Origin: an uncultured Acidobacteriota bacterium
GTDB taxonomy: Bacteria; Acidobacteriota; Terriglobia; UBA7540
Length of the DNA stretch: 64,000 nt
Direction: 5' to 3'
Assembly: GCA_963804995.1 (NCBI GenBank)
Contig: CAWDSK010000005.1
Coordinates: 864,001 to 928,000 of the forward strand
Position numbers and translations under genes: made by a program. Shown piece after piece: positions 28,187 to 37,436 of this stretch. Below the pieces are notes generated by a model. That model worked only from the letters and a program-made list of their open reading frames with translations, had not been told where the DNA came from and made no database searches. Each line of letters begins with the position of its first letter. Position 1 is the stretch's first letter.

Positions 28187-28321
28187 TCAACGATCCTTCT
28201 TCTCCGATTTGTCCTCGCAGCAGAAAATACTCCTGAGAATCATCAAGCCCAGGCTGATGGGGATATAGTAAATCAGGAACATAAGAGCAAAGGCCAATAT
28301 TCCGTTGAGAATCTCAGACAT
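28187..28321 (-). CDS. Small 44-aa single-TM protein
   Basis: AAGGAGG RBS before ATG 28321; hydrophobic core, then a charged tail with CC. Confidence 0.55.
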   Translation of the reverse strand: MSEILNGILAFALMFLIYYIPISLGLMILRSIFCCEDKSEKKDR

Positions 28322-28583
28322 CGTTACCTCCTTGTGCCGCTGCCGTTTGTCCCCTACACGCCAAGTGTGACGACTACTGGCAAATCGCTCGTTGTGTTGA
28401 CTGTGGCCCGAACACACCCAAGCGCTTCCCAGCCAAGGGTATCCCCTGGGTATGTCAGGAACGGTCCAACATTGTCGTAGGAGGAACGGCCAACGGGTTT
28501 CAGGCGATGACCACCCCTGTCATACCCCTTTGCTATCCTTCCAACCTGCAACCCACGATCTTTGACAACTGGAGGTGAGAAGT

Positions 28584-29330
28584 ATGGAGAGGCGTGAAGT
28601 TTTGCGGAAGTGCCTCGGCGGTGCAAGCCTGGCACTGGTTGCGCCAAGATTGCTTCCTGCTGTAAACCAAAATCAAACTGTGGAGAGGCCCGCGGATTTC
28701 CAAACGGTAGTCGCTGATGCCCTGTCAAGCTACTACTGGGGTGAGTTCAAGCGCGCCTGTGATCTTTACACGCGGGCGCTGCTGCTTATTCCCCCCAACC
28801 TCGCAATCGCCGATTTGGCTGATATTCATGAACAACGCCTCACGGCATGGGAACTTGTGAAATCGGCGGAGGAGACTCTTCCTGCCCACCAAGCAGGCGT
28901 TCAAGCTGAGCCCCAGGATGCGGAGAAACATTTCTGGCTCGGGTACACTCTCACCCGCCTCGACCGCCATGAGGAAGCACTGCGAGAATACCAAGCGGCC
29001 TTGAAGGGGGGCTATCAAGGCAAATGCTGGAACGAAATCGGCTGGTGCTACTACCGGATGGGAATGCACCGGGAATCGATCAAATGGTTCGAGCGGGCCT
29101 GTGAAGGCGAGGATACTCTTCCCGTGCCTGGCTTATCGCAGCAATGCAACGCAATGGCGAACAAGATTGTGGCTTTTGCCGCGCTGCGGATGACTCGTGA
29201 AGCTCATGACACCGCCAGCAAGTATATTCGCCAATATGGCCGGCTTTCCTGGCCCGAACGCCGTGCGCTCGCCAATCTCAACATCGACGCCGACGCGATG
29301 TACGTCAATCACTGTACCCGCGAGGCCTAA
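28584..29330 (+). CDS. TPR-repeat protein with Tat-like N-terminus
   Basis: MERREVL..., GGAGGTG RBS, TPR motifs (HFWLGYTL..EEAL..Y; CWNEIGWCYY). Confidence 0.75.
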   Translation: MERREVLRKCLGGASLALVAPRLLPAVNQNQTVERPADFQTVVADALSSYYWGEFKRACDLYTRALLLIPPNLAIADLADIHEQRLTAWELVKSAEETLPAHQAGVQAEPQDAEKHFWLGYTLTRLDRHEEALREYQAALKGGYQGKCWNEIGWCYYRMGMHRESIKWFERACEGEDTLPVPGLSQQCNAMANKIVAFAALRMTREAHDTASKYIRQYGRLSWPERRALANLNIDADAMYVNHCTREA

Positions 29331-29349
29331 CAGAACACCATTACGGTTC

Positions 29350-29393
29350 GGGGAAAACGAGCGGGTGGTATAATCGCGCCCGCTCGTTTCCCC
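29350..29393 (+). promoter_or_regulatory. Extended -10 promoter enclosed by an inverted repeat upstream of the WYL regulator
   Basis: AAACGAGCGGG (29355-29365), TGGTATAAT, CCCGCTCGTTT (29379-29389). Confidence 0.6.
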
Positions 29394-29427
29394 AAGGTTT
29401 CAGCCCCTGCACGCGGAGGTTCCTACT

Positions 29428-30402
29428 GTGCCTCGCGGTGATCAACTGACACGCCAATGGAAACTCGTCCAACTCCTGGCCGGTCGGGTGGGGCGGACAC
29501 TTGCCCAACTCATGGGTGAGTTAGGCGTCAGCAAGCGCACCGTCCAGCGGGACATCGAAGTCCTAACCTCAGCAGGTTTCCCGGTCACTTCGGAGACGCG
29601 CAACGGCACGGTGTTCTGGCGCTTAATGGAAGGCTTCCATGCCGAGCGGCCTATTGCGCTGACGCTGACTGAACAGATGGCGCTCTATTTCAGCAAGGGC
29701 CTCTTCAAGCCCTTGCAGGGCACACCCATGTACGAATCGCTGGAAGCCGCTATTCAGAAGATCGGGTCACAGCTTCCCGCCCAGAGCTTCAAGTTTCTTC
29801 GTGGCTTGGACGAAGGCATCTCAGTATCCAGTTTTGGGCTAAAGGATTTCAGCCATTCGAAAGAGGTGATTCATACTTTGACCCATGCCGTATTCCAAAA
29901 GTTCACTATTCGAATTCGGCATCAGGCGGCGCACAGGGCGAAGGCTATTGAGCGCGAGGTTGATCCCTACAAGCTTTGGTACGTGAATAACGGATTGTAT
30001 CTGGTCGGTCACGACCACCGGGAGGAGGCCCTGCGGACCTTCGCCGTGGAACGGATTCAGTCTGCCCAAAAAACCAACCGGCGATTTGAAGTCCCGGAAG
30101 ACTTCAAGTTCGAGGATTTCAAACGGACCGCCTTCAGTATGGTCTGGGGCGAGCCGCAGGAAGTGAAGATCCGCTTCTCGCCGTCGCAAGCCCCATACAT
30201 TCGCGAGCGCACCTGGCACGCCAGCCAGACAATTGAGACTCATCGCGACGGGAGTATAATCCTGACGCTTTATGTCGCCGAGTTGGATGAAGTCAAGCGC
30301 TGGCTGATTGGCTTCGGCGCGGATGCTGACGTATTGGAACCTAAGGCGCTAAGGACGGAAATTGTTGCTCAATGCAGAGCCCTGGCTCGCCGGGAACGGT
30401 AA
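29428..30402 (+). CDS. HTH-WYL-WCX transcriptional regulator (YafY/PafBC-like)
   Basis: ELGVSKRTVQRDI HTH; REVDPY..LYLVG..RTFAVERI WYL; WHASQ, WLIGFG..VLEP..LR WCX. Confidence 0.93.
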   Translation: MPRGDQLTRQWKLVQLLAGRVGRTLAQLMGELGVSKRTVQRDIEVLTSAGFPVTSETRNGTVFWRLMEGFHAERPIALTLTEQMALYFSKGLFKPLQGTPMYESLEAAIQKIGSQLPAQSFKFLRGLDEGISVSSFGLKDFSHSKEVIHTLTHAVFQKFTIRIRHQAAHRAKAIEREVDPYKLWYVNNGLYLVGHDHREEALRTFAVERIQSAQKTNRRFEVPEDFKFEDFKRTAFSMVWGEPQEVKIRFSPSQAPYIRERTWHASQTIETHRDGSIILTLYVAELDEVKRWLIGFGADADVLEPKALRTEIVAQCRALARRER

Positions 30403-30454
30403 AGGACCAGCTACAATTACTCTCAGAAAAGACAATCGCAGACACGGGAGACCA

Positions 30455-30889
30455 ATGGCCGCCAAGAAGGGAAGCAACGCCGAAAGCGTGGACCAACTTA
30501 TAGCAGAAATCTCAAAAATAGGCGGGGGTGCGGCCCTAAGAAGCGCGCTAAGAGAGATGCTCGGGCGAAGCGAATATAAGAGCGGGGCAGCGCGCGTTCT
30601 TCGGGATTTTCAGCGATTTCTGCAAACCCTTGCCCGCTCCGGTTTCAAGTTTTCCGAGACTTTCGGGGGTGAACTCCGATTTGCCCAACACGACTTCCCT
30701 GAACACATTGTCGCGCTGGCGCCTCAGCGTAATGGGAGTGTCGGATGGTCACATTTCTCTCCATGGGGGACGACTAACGGAACGGGGTTGCGCTCGCTTA
30801 AGAAGCTACTTGCGGAACGCTATGGGAGGGGAATCGCCTATCGCGGCAGGAGACGCATTATTCTTGCAGGCCCGTCGTCGGTGGAATGA
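30455..30889 (+). CDS. Hypothetical protein
   Basis: GGGAG RBS before ATG 30455; directly downstream of the WYL gene. Confidence 0.55.
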   Translation: MAAKKGSNAESVDQLIAEISKIGGGAALRSALREMLGRSEYKSGAARVLRDFQRFLQTLARSGFKFSETFGGELRFAQHDFPEHIVALAPQRNGSVGWSHFSPWGTTNGTGLRSLKKLLAERYGRGIAYRGRRRIILAGPSSVE

Positions 30890-31077
30890 GTGAGCGTCGA
30901 ACTGCTGCCCCCAAAGTCACTCCCCACGGGGAAGACAAGTGCTGGCTGATTCGCTTCGGCGCTGAGGCCTGTGTACCTACACCCAGCACTTTGCAGATGG
31001 AGATTGCCAGGGAGTGCCAATATTTGGCGGGCAGCGTGACCGACAAGTGAGGGCACCTCGGGAGGGAGGAATCCGGC

Positions 31078-31944
31078 GTGGGAAAAGAAGAGGGACCGAT
31101 TGGCACGATCCACCACTGGGCAGAACTGGCCAGAACACGCTCCGCTCTCAAACCGAAACGAAGGGTCACTTGGAAAAGCGTCAACCGCATGATTAGTTCC
31201 GCCCGAACGGTGTGGCTGGCGGAATCCGCTAAGTTACGTGACCTATTGCGAGAGTCAAACATGCGTTCTGAGCCTCTAAGCGATCCCTTGCTTTCGAATT
31301 TTGACCTTCATCGCTGGCTGGCGGGGGAACGCGAAGAAGTGTATTCGGACTGGCTGGAGTGGGTTGTAAAGCAGCTTCCGACGCTTGGAGATGTCTTTTA
31401 TGTACTCGGCATCGAGGAACCCTCGGAGATCGCTTCTGAAGCTCTCTCCACGTGCTCTACGGAACGGGAGAAGTGGGTGACGCTGCCCCATTGGGAATCC
31501 AATAAAAGACTTGACCTTGTGATTCGATGCGAGGGCCGTGTCCTTGTTCTGATCGAAGTTAAGATAACCTCTCCCGAAGAAGCTGACACGGCGAAGCAGG
31601 AGGAGTACTTTGAGTGGGGGGAAAAGCAACTGGAAAGTCAAAGGTACTATATCCTCCTTGCCAAAGCGGGCGAGCGCCCCGAGTACCACAAATTTAAGCT
31701 CCGCACGTTCGAGGGTCTCTGTCGGGCGCTGAGGAAACGAACCCCTGAAGTTATCAGGGAGAAGAAAATGACGGTCCTCACGGGGGCACTGGTTTTCGCT
31801 TACGTCGGGGCCATCGAACAGAACCGGCTGGGTCTGTCGTCGGGCGCGGCGCAGAGGGTATTTCGCGGAGAAGATATCGCAACGGCCCGAAGGCTTGCAC
31901 TTTATCTCGAAGACAACTTAGAGGGGAGCAACGACGATGGATGA
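31078..31944 (+). CDS. PD-(D/E)XK nuclease family protein
   Basis: EEVYSDWLEW, EREK, RLDLVI...LIEVKI...Q..Y motif. Confidence 0.75.
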   Translation: MGKEEGPIGTIHHWAELARTRSALKPKRRVTWKSVNRMISSARTVWLAESAKLRDLLRESNMRSEPLSDPLLSNFDLHRWLAGEREEVYSDWLEWVVKQLPTLGDVFYVLGIEEPSEIASEALSTCSTEREKWVTLPHWESNKRLDLVIRCEGRVLVLIEVKITSPEEADTAKQEEYFEWGEKQLESQRYYILLAKAGERPEYHKFKLRTFEGLCRALRKRTPEVIREKKMTVLTGALVFAYVGAIEQNRLGLSSGAAQRVFRGEDIATARRLALYLEDNLEGSNDDG

Positions 31945-32497
31945 AGATACGAACCTTAATTTGTTCCAAGAGGGCCTTCAGAGCTATTTCGACGCACTGG
32001 CTGCAATCAATGAGTTTCAGTGTGAGGTCCATTCGAGGTCGCGACAGGTCTTGGAGGCAAATTTTGACAGGCTAGGGGAGGCCCTGCATGCCAATCTCGA
32101 ACGGGATTTGATTTCAAACTTCGTAGGGCCGACGTGGGGTAGTTGGGACGGGACATACGCATGGATAGCGGCTAAACTTGCCGTGCGCGACCTAGGCAAT
32201 GTCTACCTTGGACTCCACTGGCGCGCCGAAGACGGCAAGCCAGTCGGGCCGGGGGTTGCCGTGGATTTTGAGCTCTGGCAGACGCGTGTCTTCAGGCCGC
32301 TCTCGCAAAAACTCAGGAGTCTCGCTGGCGACAGAATGCTGGCCCCTTTCCAGAGGGAGCTTACGATATGGGAACCTCTTGATCCCGTGAACGCGGTGAG
32401 CTTCGGCGAGACACTCAACTCGATCCTCAAAGAGTGGATAGAGCTTTGGAGTAAAATACCCCCGGCGGATTACCAAACGCCTCCGAAGGATCATTAA
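31937..32497 (+). CDS. Hypothetical protein coupled to the nuclease
   Basis: 8-bp overlap with the upstream gene; GGGGAG RBS. Confidence 0.65.
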   Translation: MDEDTNLNLFQEGLQSYFDALAAINEFQCEVHSRSRQVLEANFDRLGEALHANLERDLISNFVGPTWGSWDGTYAWIAAKLAVRDLGNVYLGLHWRAEDGKPVGPGVAVDFELWQTRVFRPLSQKLRSLAGDRMLAPFQRELTIWEPLDPVNAVSFGETLNSILKEWIELWSKIPPADYQTPPKDH

Positions 32498-32698
32498 GTA
32501 GGCAGCCAATCAGTGCAGTTCTAACTGTGGGTCCTTCCATTGACGGCGAAGGCATAGCCTGGGGAAGAAGGCGCTCGCCATAAAGATCGTCCGGCCCGGC
32601 TGCCGACGCTGTCGGGCCAAGCTCCGCGCCCCCTGCGAAAACGGCCGTGATGGGTGAGCGGGGCGGTTCGCGAACCGCGAAATGCAACGCGACCCGGC

Positions 32699-34999
32699 TC
32701 AGGCTGCCGGCGGGGCCGAGCTGTGCGGAGGCGAGTGTTGGATCCCCAGCACGCCGACTTGCGCGTGTACGACGGCAATCGACGCCATGTTCACGATCTC
32801 TTCCACTTCGGAGCCGCGCGCCAGGACGTGCACAGGTTTCGCCATCCCCATTACGATGGGGCCCAGAGCCTCCGCGCCGCCCATCCGCATCATCAGCTTG
32901 TAGGCGATGTTGCCCGCATCCAGGCTGGGAAAGATCAAAACGTTAGCGTCGCCCTTGACCTTGGAAAAGGGGTAATCCTCTGTAATGAGTTCGGGGACGA
33001 TGGCGGAGTCCGCCTGCATTTCGCCGTCGACGATCAGGTCGGGGTCCTTTTCCTTGACGAGGGCGGTCGCCCGGCGAACTTTATCGGCTAGCGGATGGCG
33101 GGTGCTGCCAAAGTTCGCGAACGAAAGCATGGCCACACGCGGTTCGACGTTGAACCAGCGCGCGACCTCGGCGGAGAGGATGGCGATTTCCGCGAGCTGC
33201 TCCGAGGTGGGGTCAATATTGACCGTGGTGTCGGCAAAAAAGTAGACGGCCTTGTGGGTGGCAATCACATAGAGTCCGGAAACACGCTCCACCCCCGGGC
33301 GCGTCCGGATGATCTGGAGCGCGGGGCGAATCGTATCGGGGTAATGCTGGCTGACGCCGGCAATGAAGCCATCCGCGTCGCCCATACGGACCATCATGGC
33401 GCCGAAGTAATTGCTGTTGAGCATCGACTCCTGCGCTTCCGTGGGGGTGATGCCGTCCCGCTGGCGGAGCCGGAAGAATTCATCAATGTAAGTGGAAAGC
33501 CGTGTCGAGCGGCGGGGCTCAATGATTTCGATGTCGGCCTTTCCCAGACCCAATTCGTGGAATTTGTTTTCGATCACCGTGGGGCGGCCAAGGAGAATCG
33601 GGTGGGCGATGTTCTCCTCGACCAGGCGGACGCTGGCGCGGATGATCTTCTCGTGCTCCCCTTCTGAGAACACGATGCGTTTGGGGGCGGCTTTGGCGCG
33701 GTTCCGGATGTTCTGCATGACGGCATAAGTGCGCCCCAGCCGCCGTTGCAGTTGCTCGCGGTATTCCTCAAGGTCAATTGTGAGTTGCGCCACGCCACTC
33801 TTCATGGCGGCTTCGGCAACGGCTGAGGATTCCTGAATCAGCACGCGCGGGTCAAAGGGTTTGGGGATGATGTAATCCGGCCCGAATTGCAGCCGGGTAA
33901 CACCGTAAGCGCGCAGTACGGAATCCGGAACGTCCTCTTTAGCGAGGTCGGCCAGGGCCCGCGTGGCGGCCAGCTTCATCTCTTCGTTGATCGCCCGCGC
34001 CCGCACATCCAGCGCGCCGCGAAAGATGAAGGGAAATCCCAGCACATTGTTGACCTGGTTCGGGCAGTCGGAACGGCCCGTGGCGATGATAACGTCGGAG
34101 CGGGCCGCCTTGGCTTCGTCGTAACTGATTTCCGGGACCGGATTGGCCAGGGCGAAGACGACGGGATGGCTGGCCATGGAGCGCAGCATTTCCTGCGTGA
34201 CGCAATGGGCGGTCGAAAGGCCCACAAAAACGTCTGCATCCTTCAAGGCCTCGACCAGCGTGCGCCGGTCGGTCTGGGCGGCAAAGCGCTCCTTGTAAGG
34301 ATTCATGTTTTCCTTGCGCCCTTCATAGACGACGCCTTTGGTGTCGCAGAGGATGATGTTCTTACGCTGCGCGCCCAGCCGCACATAGTGTTCCGCGCAG
34401 GCGATGCCGGAAGCGCCGGCGCCGTTAAAGACCACGCGTGCCTGGGCAATGTCCTTGCCCGCGACCTCCAGGGCGTTCAGCAGGGCCGCCCCGGAAATAA
34501 TCGCCGTGCCATGCTGATCGTCGTGGAAGACCGGGATCGACATGGTCTTGCGCAGGGTCTGTTCAATGTGGAAGCACTCCGGCGCTTTGATGTCCTCCAG
34601 GTTGATGCCGCCGAAGGTGGGCTCAAGAAGTTGGCAGAGCCGGATGACCTCAGCGGGGTCCTCGGAATTCACTTCCAGATCGAACACGTCAATATCCGCG
34701 AAGCGCTTGAACAGTACACCCTTGCCTTCCATGACCGGTTTGCCGGCCAGGGCTCCGATGTTGCCCAATCCCAAAACCGCCGTGCCGTTCGAGATGACCG
34801 CCACCAGGTTGCCGCGCGCCGTGTATTCGAATCCCAATTCAGGTTTGTCGTGAATCTCCAGGCAGGGTTCCGCCACGCCCGGCGTGTAGGCCAGGCTGAG
34901 GTCCCACTGGGTCCGGCAAGGCTTAGTGGGAACCACCTCAATCTTGCCTTTGCGGCCGGAACGATGGTAGTCGAGCGCGTCCTGTTTGCGTATGTCCAT
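32699..34999 (-). CDS. maeB: NADP-dependent malic enzyme with PTA-like C-terminal domain
   Basis: [45 protein letters not shown]-terminal DGEMQAD, GNIAYKL. Confidence 0.97.
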   Translation of the reverse strand: MDIRKQDALDYHRSGRKGKIEVVPTKPCRTQWDLSLAYTPGVAEPCLEIHDKPELGFEYTARGNLVAVISNGTAVLGLGNIGALAGKPVMEGKGVLFKRFADIDVFDLEVNSEDPAEVIRLCQLLEPTFGGINLEDIKAPECFHIEQTLRKTMSIPVFHDDQHGTAIISGAALLNALEVAGKDIAQARVVFNGAGASGIACAEHYVRLGAQRKNIILCDTKGVVYEGRKENMNPYKERFAAQTDRRTLVEALKDADVFVGLSTAHCVTQEMLRSMASHPVVFALANPVPEISYDEAKAARSDVIIATGRSDCPNQVNNVLGFPFIFRGALDVRARAINEEMKLAATRALADLAKEDVPDSVLRAYGVTRLQFGPDYIIPKPFDPRVLIQESSAVAEAAMKSGVAQLTIDLEEYREQLQRRLGRTYAVMQNIRNRAKAAPKRIVFSEGEHEKIIRASVRLVEENIAHPILLGRPTVIENKFHELGLGKADIEIIEPRRSTRLSTYIDEFFRLRQRDGITPTEAQESMLNSNYFGAMMVRMGDADGFIAGVSQHYPDTIRPALQIIRTRPGVERVSGLYVIATHKAVYFFADTTVNIDPTSEQLAEIAILSAEVARWFNVEPRVAMLSFANFGSTRHPLADKVRRATALVKEKDPDLIVDGEMQADSAIVPELITEDYPFSKVKGDANVLIFPSLDAGNIAYKLMMRMGGAEALGPIVMGMAKPVHVLARGSEVEEIVNMASIAVVHAQVGVLGIQHSPPHSSAPPAA

Positions 35000-35361
35000 T
35001 ACACTGCCCCCTTTAGGGTCTTCATCTCATTTACAGGCCATCTTTGTACATCAGGGCAAGCAATAGTTCAACTTGCTTTCCCTGACTCGCCCGGCCACAG
35101 CGTGATTTGGCGCACGCCCCCTTACTTGCAGCCAGCCTGGCAGCAGAGTAGAGGGTCACCCCAGCTTGCAAATCCATCCAGATGTGAGGAATGCAGTCAC
35201 GCTCCAGCGTGCCAGGTTGCCAGGCCCCATGACTGGGGGACCGACATGATGGCGTACAAATTAAGAGAGGGGCAAATCCATGGCCAAAAAGGGGCGGACA
35301 CTGCCACCTGGGGTCGTAAGCGAGAACGTAAGGGCCAAGGGTGGCGCCATGGCAAGCAAGG

Positions 35362-35796
35362 TTAGTGGACCAGCGGATTATGCACCTTGAGGTGGGGAAA
35401 GCGGCCGAAATCTCTGTCAGCCGTCCACAATTCGTCGACCCCATGAAGATCGCATAGTGCTGCTACTCGCGCATCATGCACCTGGGGGCCCGCAACGCGA
35501 CCGACTGTCAACATCGCGCGCAATCCAGGCCAGAAGTCAGAAATCTCAGCCAGCAAGATGAGGCCGGGAGCCTCAATCCATGCCTCCACTTGCGCGAGCG
35601 CGGTTTCCAGTGGGGTGGGTGGGTTATAAATCTTTGGGTGGGTGACGATGGCGATGAACTCGTAAAGGCAAGGCCACGGAATCGCCCACGTCGTGCGGCT
35701 TTGGGCCAGCCGTGCCAGCGCTCCATAAGCTGTTTGGTGCCAAGGCGAATCCTCGCGATGGACGTATACGAGAATGTTTGTATCTACTGCGATCAC
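35362..35796 (-). CDS. vapC: VapC-family PIN toxin
   Basis: IAVDTNILVY, EF, VHDARVAA, TADRDF. Confidence 0.92.
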   Translation of the reverse strand: MIAVDTNILVYVHREDSPWHQTAYGALARLAQSRTTWAIPWPCLYEFIAIVTHPKIYNPPTPLETALAQVEAWIEAPGLILLAEISDFWPGLRAMLTVGRVAGPQVHDARVAALCDLHGVDELWTADRDFGRFPHLKVHNPLVH

Positions 35797-36038
35797 GATC
35801 CGCGCCCCTCGTAAGCCGCGTCACGAATCCGCTGCCAGGAGGCGTCCGCCATCGCGGGTTGAAGACCACGACCCTTGAAGCTGACCTTGCGCAACTGGAA
35901 CGGCTTGACGGCCCGCCGCTCCGCCATGACGCGGCGAAGCCCTTCTTCGACCAATGCCTTTACCGAGGTGCGTTCCTTCGACGCCAGGCGCTTAGCCTGC
36001 TGAAGAAGCGAGCTAGGAATCTCTACGGTCGTCTTCAT
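35793..36038 (-). CDS. vapB: VapB-family RHH antitoxin
   Basis: MKTTVEIP..LL..AK, LVEEGLR; 4-bp overlap with the toxin; AAGATGGC direct repeat upstream (about 36058-36073). Confidence 0.88.
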   Translation of the reverse strand: MKTTVEIPSSLLQQAKRLASKERTSVKALVEEGLRRVMAERRAVKPFQLRKVSFKGRGLQPAMADASWQRIRDAAYEGRGS

Positions 36039-36204
36039 ATGGGTAGATGTATCATATAAGATGGCAAGATGGCAAATGTTGGCTCCCCGGTCGACTTGTG
36101 TGGAACCACAAGAAGAGATCCTCGCCTTGCAGCGGTCTTGTCTGAAGTGTTAACTTGAACGGCGAAGGCCTTGGGGGCCATACCTCGTAGCAAAGGATAA
36201 GGCT

Positions 36205-37362
36205 ATGCGCTGGTCTTGGAGAATCGGGCGCCTGGCGGGCATCGGCATCTACGTGCACGCCACATTCTTACTGCTCATCCTCTTCATTTTTTTCGTCAAC
36301 TTGCACGAGGGAAAGTCGCTCGCGACCGCCGTCGAAGGCGTCCTCTTTATTCTGGTCATCTTCGGCTGCATCGTGCTTCACGAGCTTGGACACGCGCTCA
36401 CGGCCCGGCATTACGGAATCCGCACTCGCGACATCACGCTTCTACCCATCGGTGGATTGGCTCGCCTGGAGCGCATGCCTGACGTGCCCATTCAGGAACT
36501 CTGGGTGGCGCTGGCAGGCCCGGCGGTGAATGCCGTCATCGCGGGGGCGCTCTACGGTTTTGAGTTACTGGCCGGCGTCCACCCGGAGCTGAGCTCCTTC
36601 CGGTGGACAGGGGGCAGCTTTCTGAACAAGTTGATGGTGGTGAACTTCTGGTTGCTGGCGTTTAACCTGATTCCCGCCTTCCCCATGGATGGTGGGCGCG
36701 TGCTGCGCGCCATCCTCGCTTCCCGCATGGAATACACCCGCGCTACGCTGACGGCGGCGCGCGTGGGGCAGGGCATTGCCTATCTCTTCGGTTTCGTCGG
36801 CCTCTTCACGGACCCCTTCCTGCTTTTCATCGCTTTGTTTGTTTGGATGGGCGCTGAGCAGGAAGCCGCCATGACGCAGATGCACAGCTCGCTCGGCGGC
36901 ATCCCCGTGCAACGCGCCATGCTCACGGAATTCCGCACTCTACTGCCTGACGACACGCTGGCGGTGGCGGTCGAGCACCTGCTGGCAGGTTGGCAACAGG
37001 ATTTCCCGGTCGTCTTTGGCGATCGCGTGCTGGGTGTGCTGTCGCGTGAGGATTTGGTGCGGGCTCTCGCGCAAGGTGGAACCAATGCCCACGTCCGTGA
37101 GGCGATGAACCGCGACGTCGTGACCGTTGACTCGCACGATATGTTGGAGACGGCCCTGGCCCTGCTGCGCGAAAGCAAATCCCGCTCGCTCCCGGTTACT
37201 CACGATGGACAACTGGTGGGTCTGCTCACCATGGAGAACGTCGGCGAGTTCATGATGGTGCAGTCGGCGCTTCGCCAGGCGCGGCAGACGGCTACTCCCG
37301 CCCCGCAACGTGGCCGCAGCACCACAGACAATCAAAATGCCAAGGGCGAATGGCAAAAGTGA
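36205..37362 (+). CDS. Site-2 protease (M50) with CBS pair
   Basis: LHELGH, PIGG, AGP, FNLIPAFPMDGGR, two CBS domains. Confidence 0.95.
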   Translation: MRWSWRIGRLAGIGIYVHATFLLLILFIFFVNLHEGKSLATAVEGVLFILVIFGCIVLHELGHALTARHYGIRTRDITLLPIGGLARLERMPDVPIQELWVALAGPAVNAVIAGALYGFELLAGVHPELSSFRWTGGSFLNKLMVVNFWLLAFNLIPAFPMDGGRVLRAILASRMEYTRATLTAARVGQGIAYLFGFVGLFTDPFLLFIALFVWMGAEQEAAMTQMHSSLGGIPVQRAMLTEFRTLLPDDTLAVAVEHLLAGWQQDFPVVFGDRVLGVLSREDLVRALAQGGTNAHVREAMNRDVVTVDSHDMLETALALLRESKSRSLPVTHDGQLVGLLTMENVGEFMMVQSALRQARQTATPAPQRGRSTTDNQNAKGEWQK

Positions 37363-37436
37363 AGAGCCGTTGCTGACAGGGGCTACCCGCTTCATGAACT
37401 CGCCTTACCCGCTGCTCGAAACTGGGAGACCTATTC

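Noticed and set aside
33887..35365. Long antisense ORFs (e.g. 33887-35365, 60257-62407, 26528-27892, 57007-58581, 44257-45600)
   Set aside because: Shadow ORFs of well-supported genes in GC-rich DNA, with no recognisable motifs
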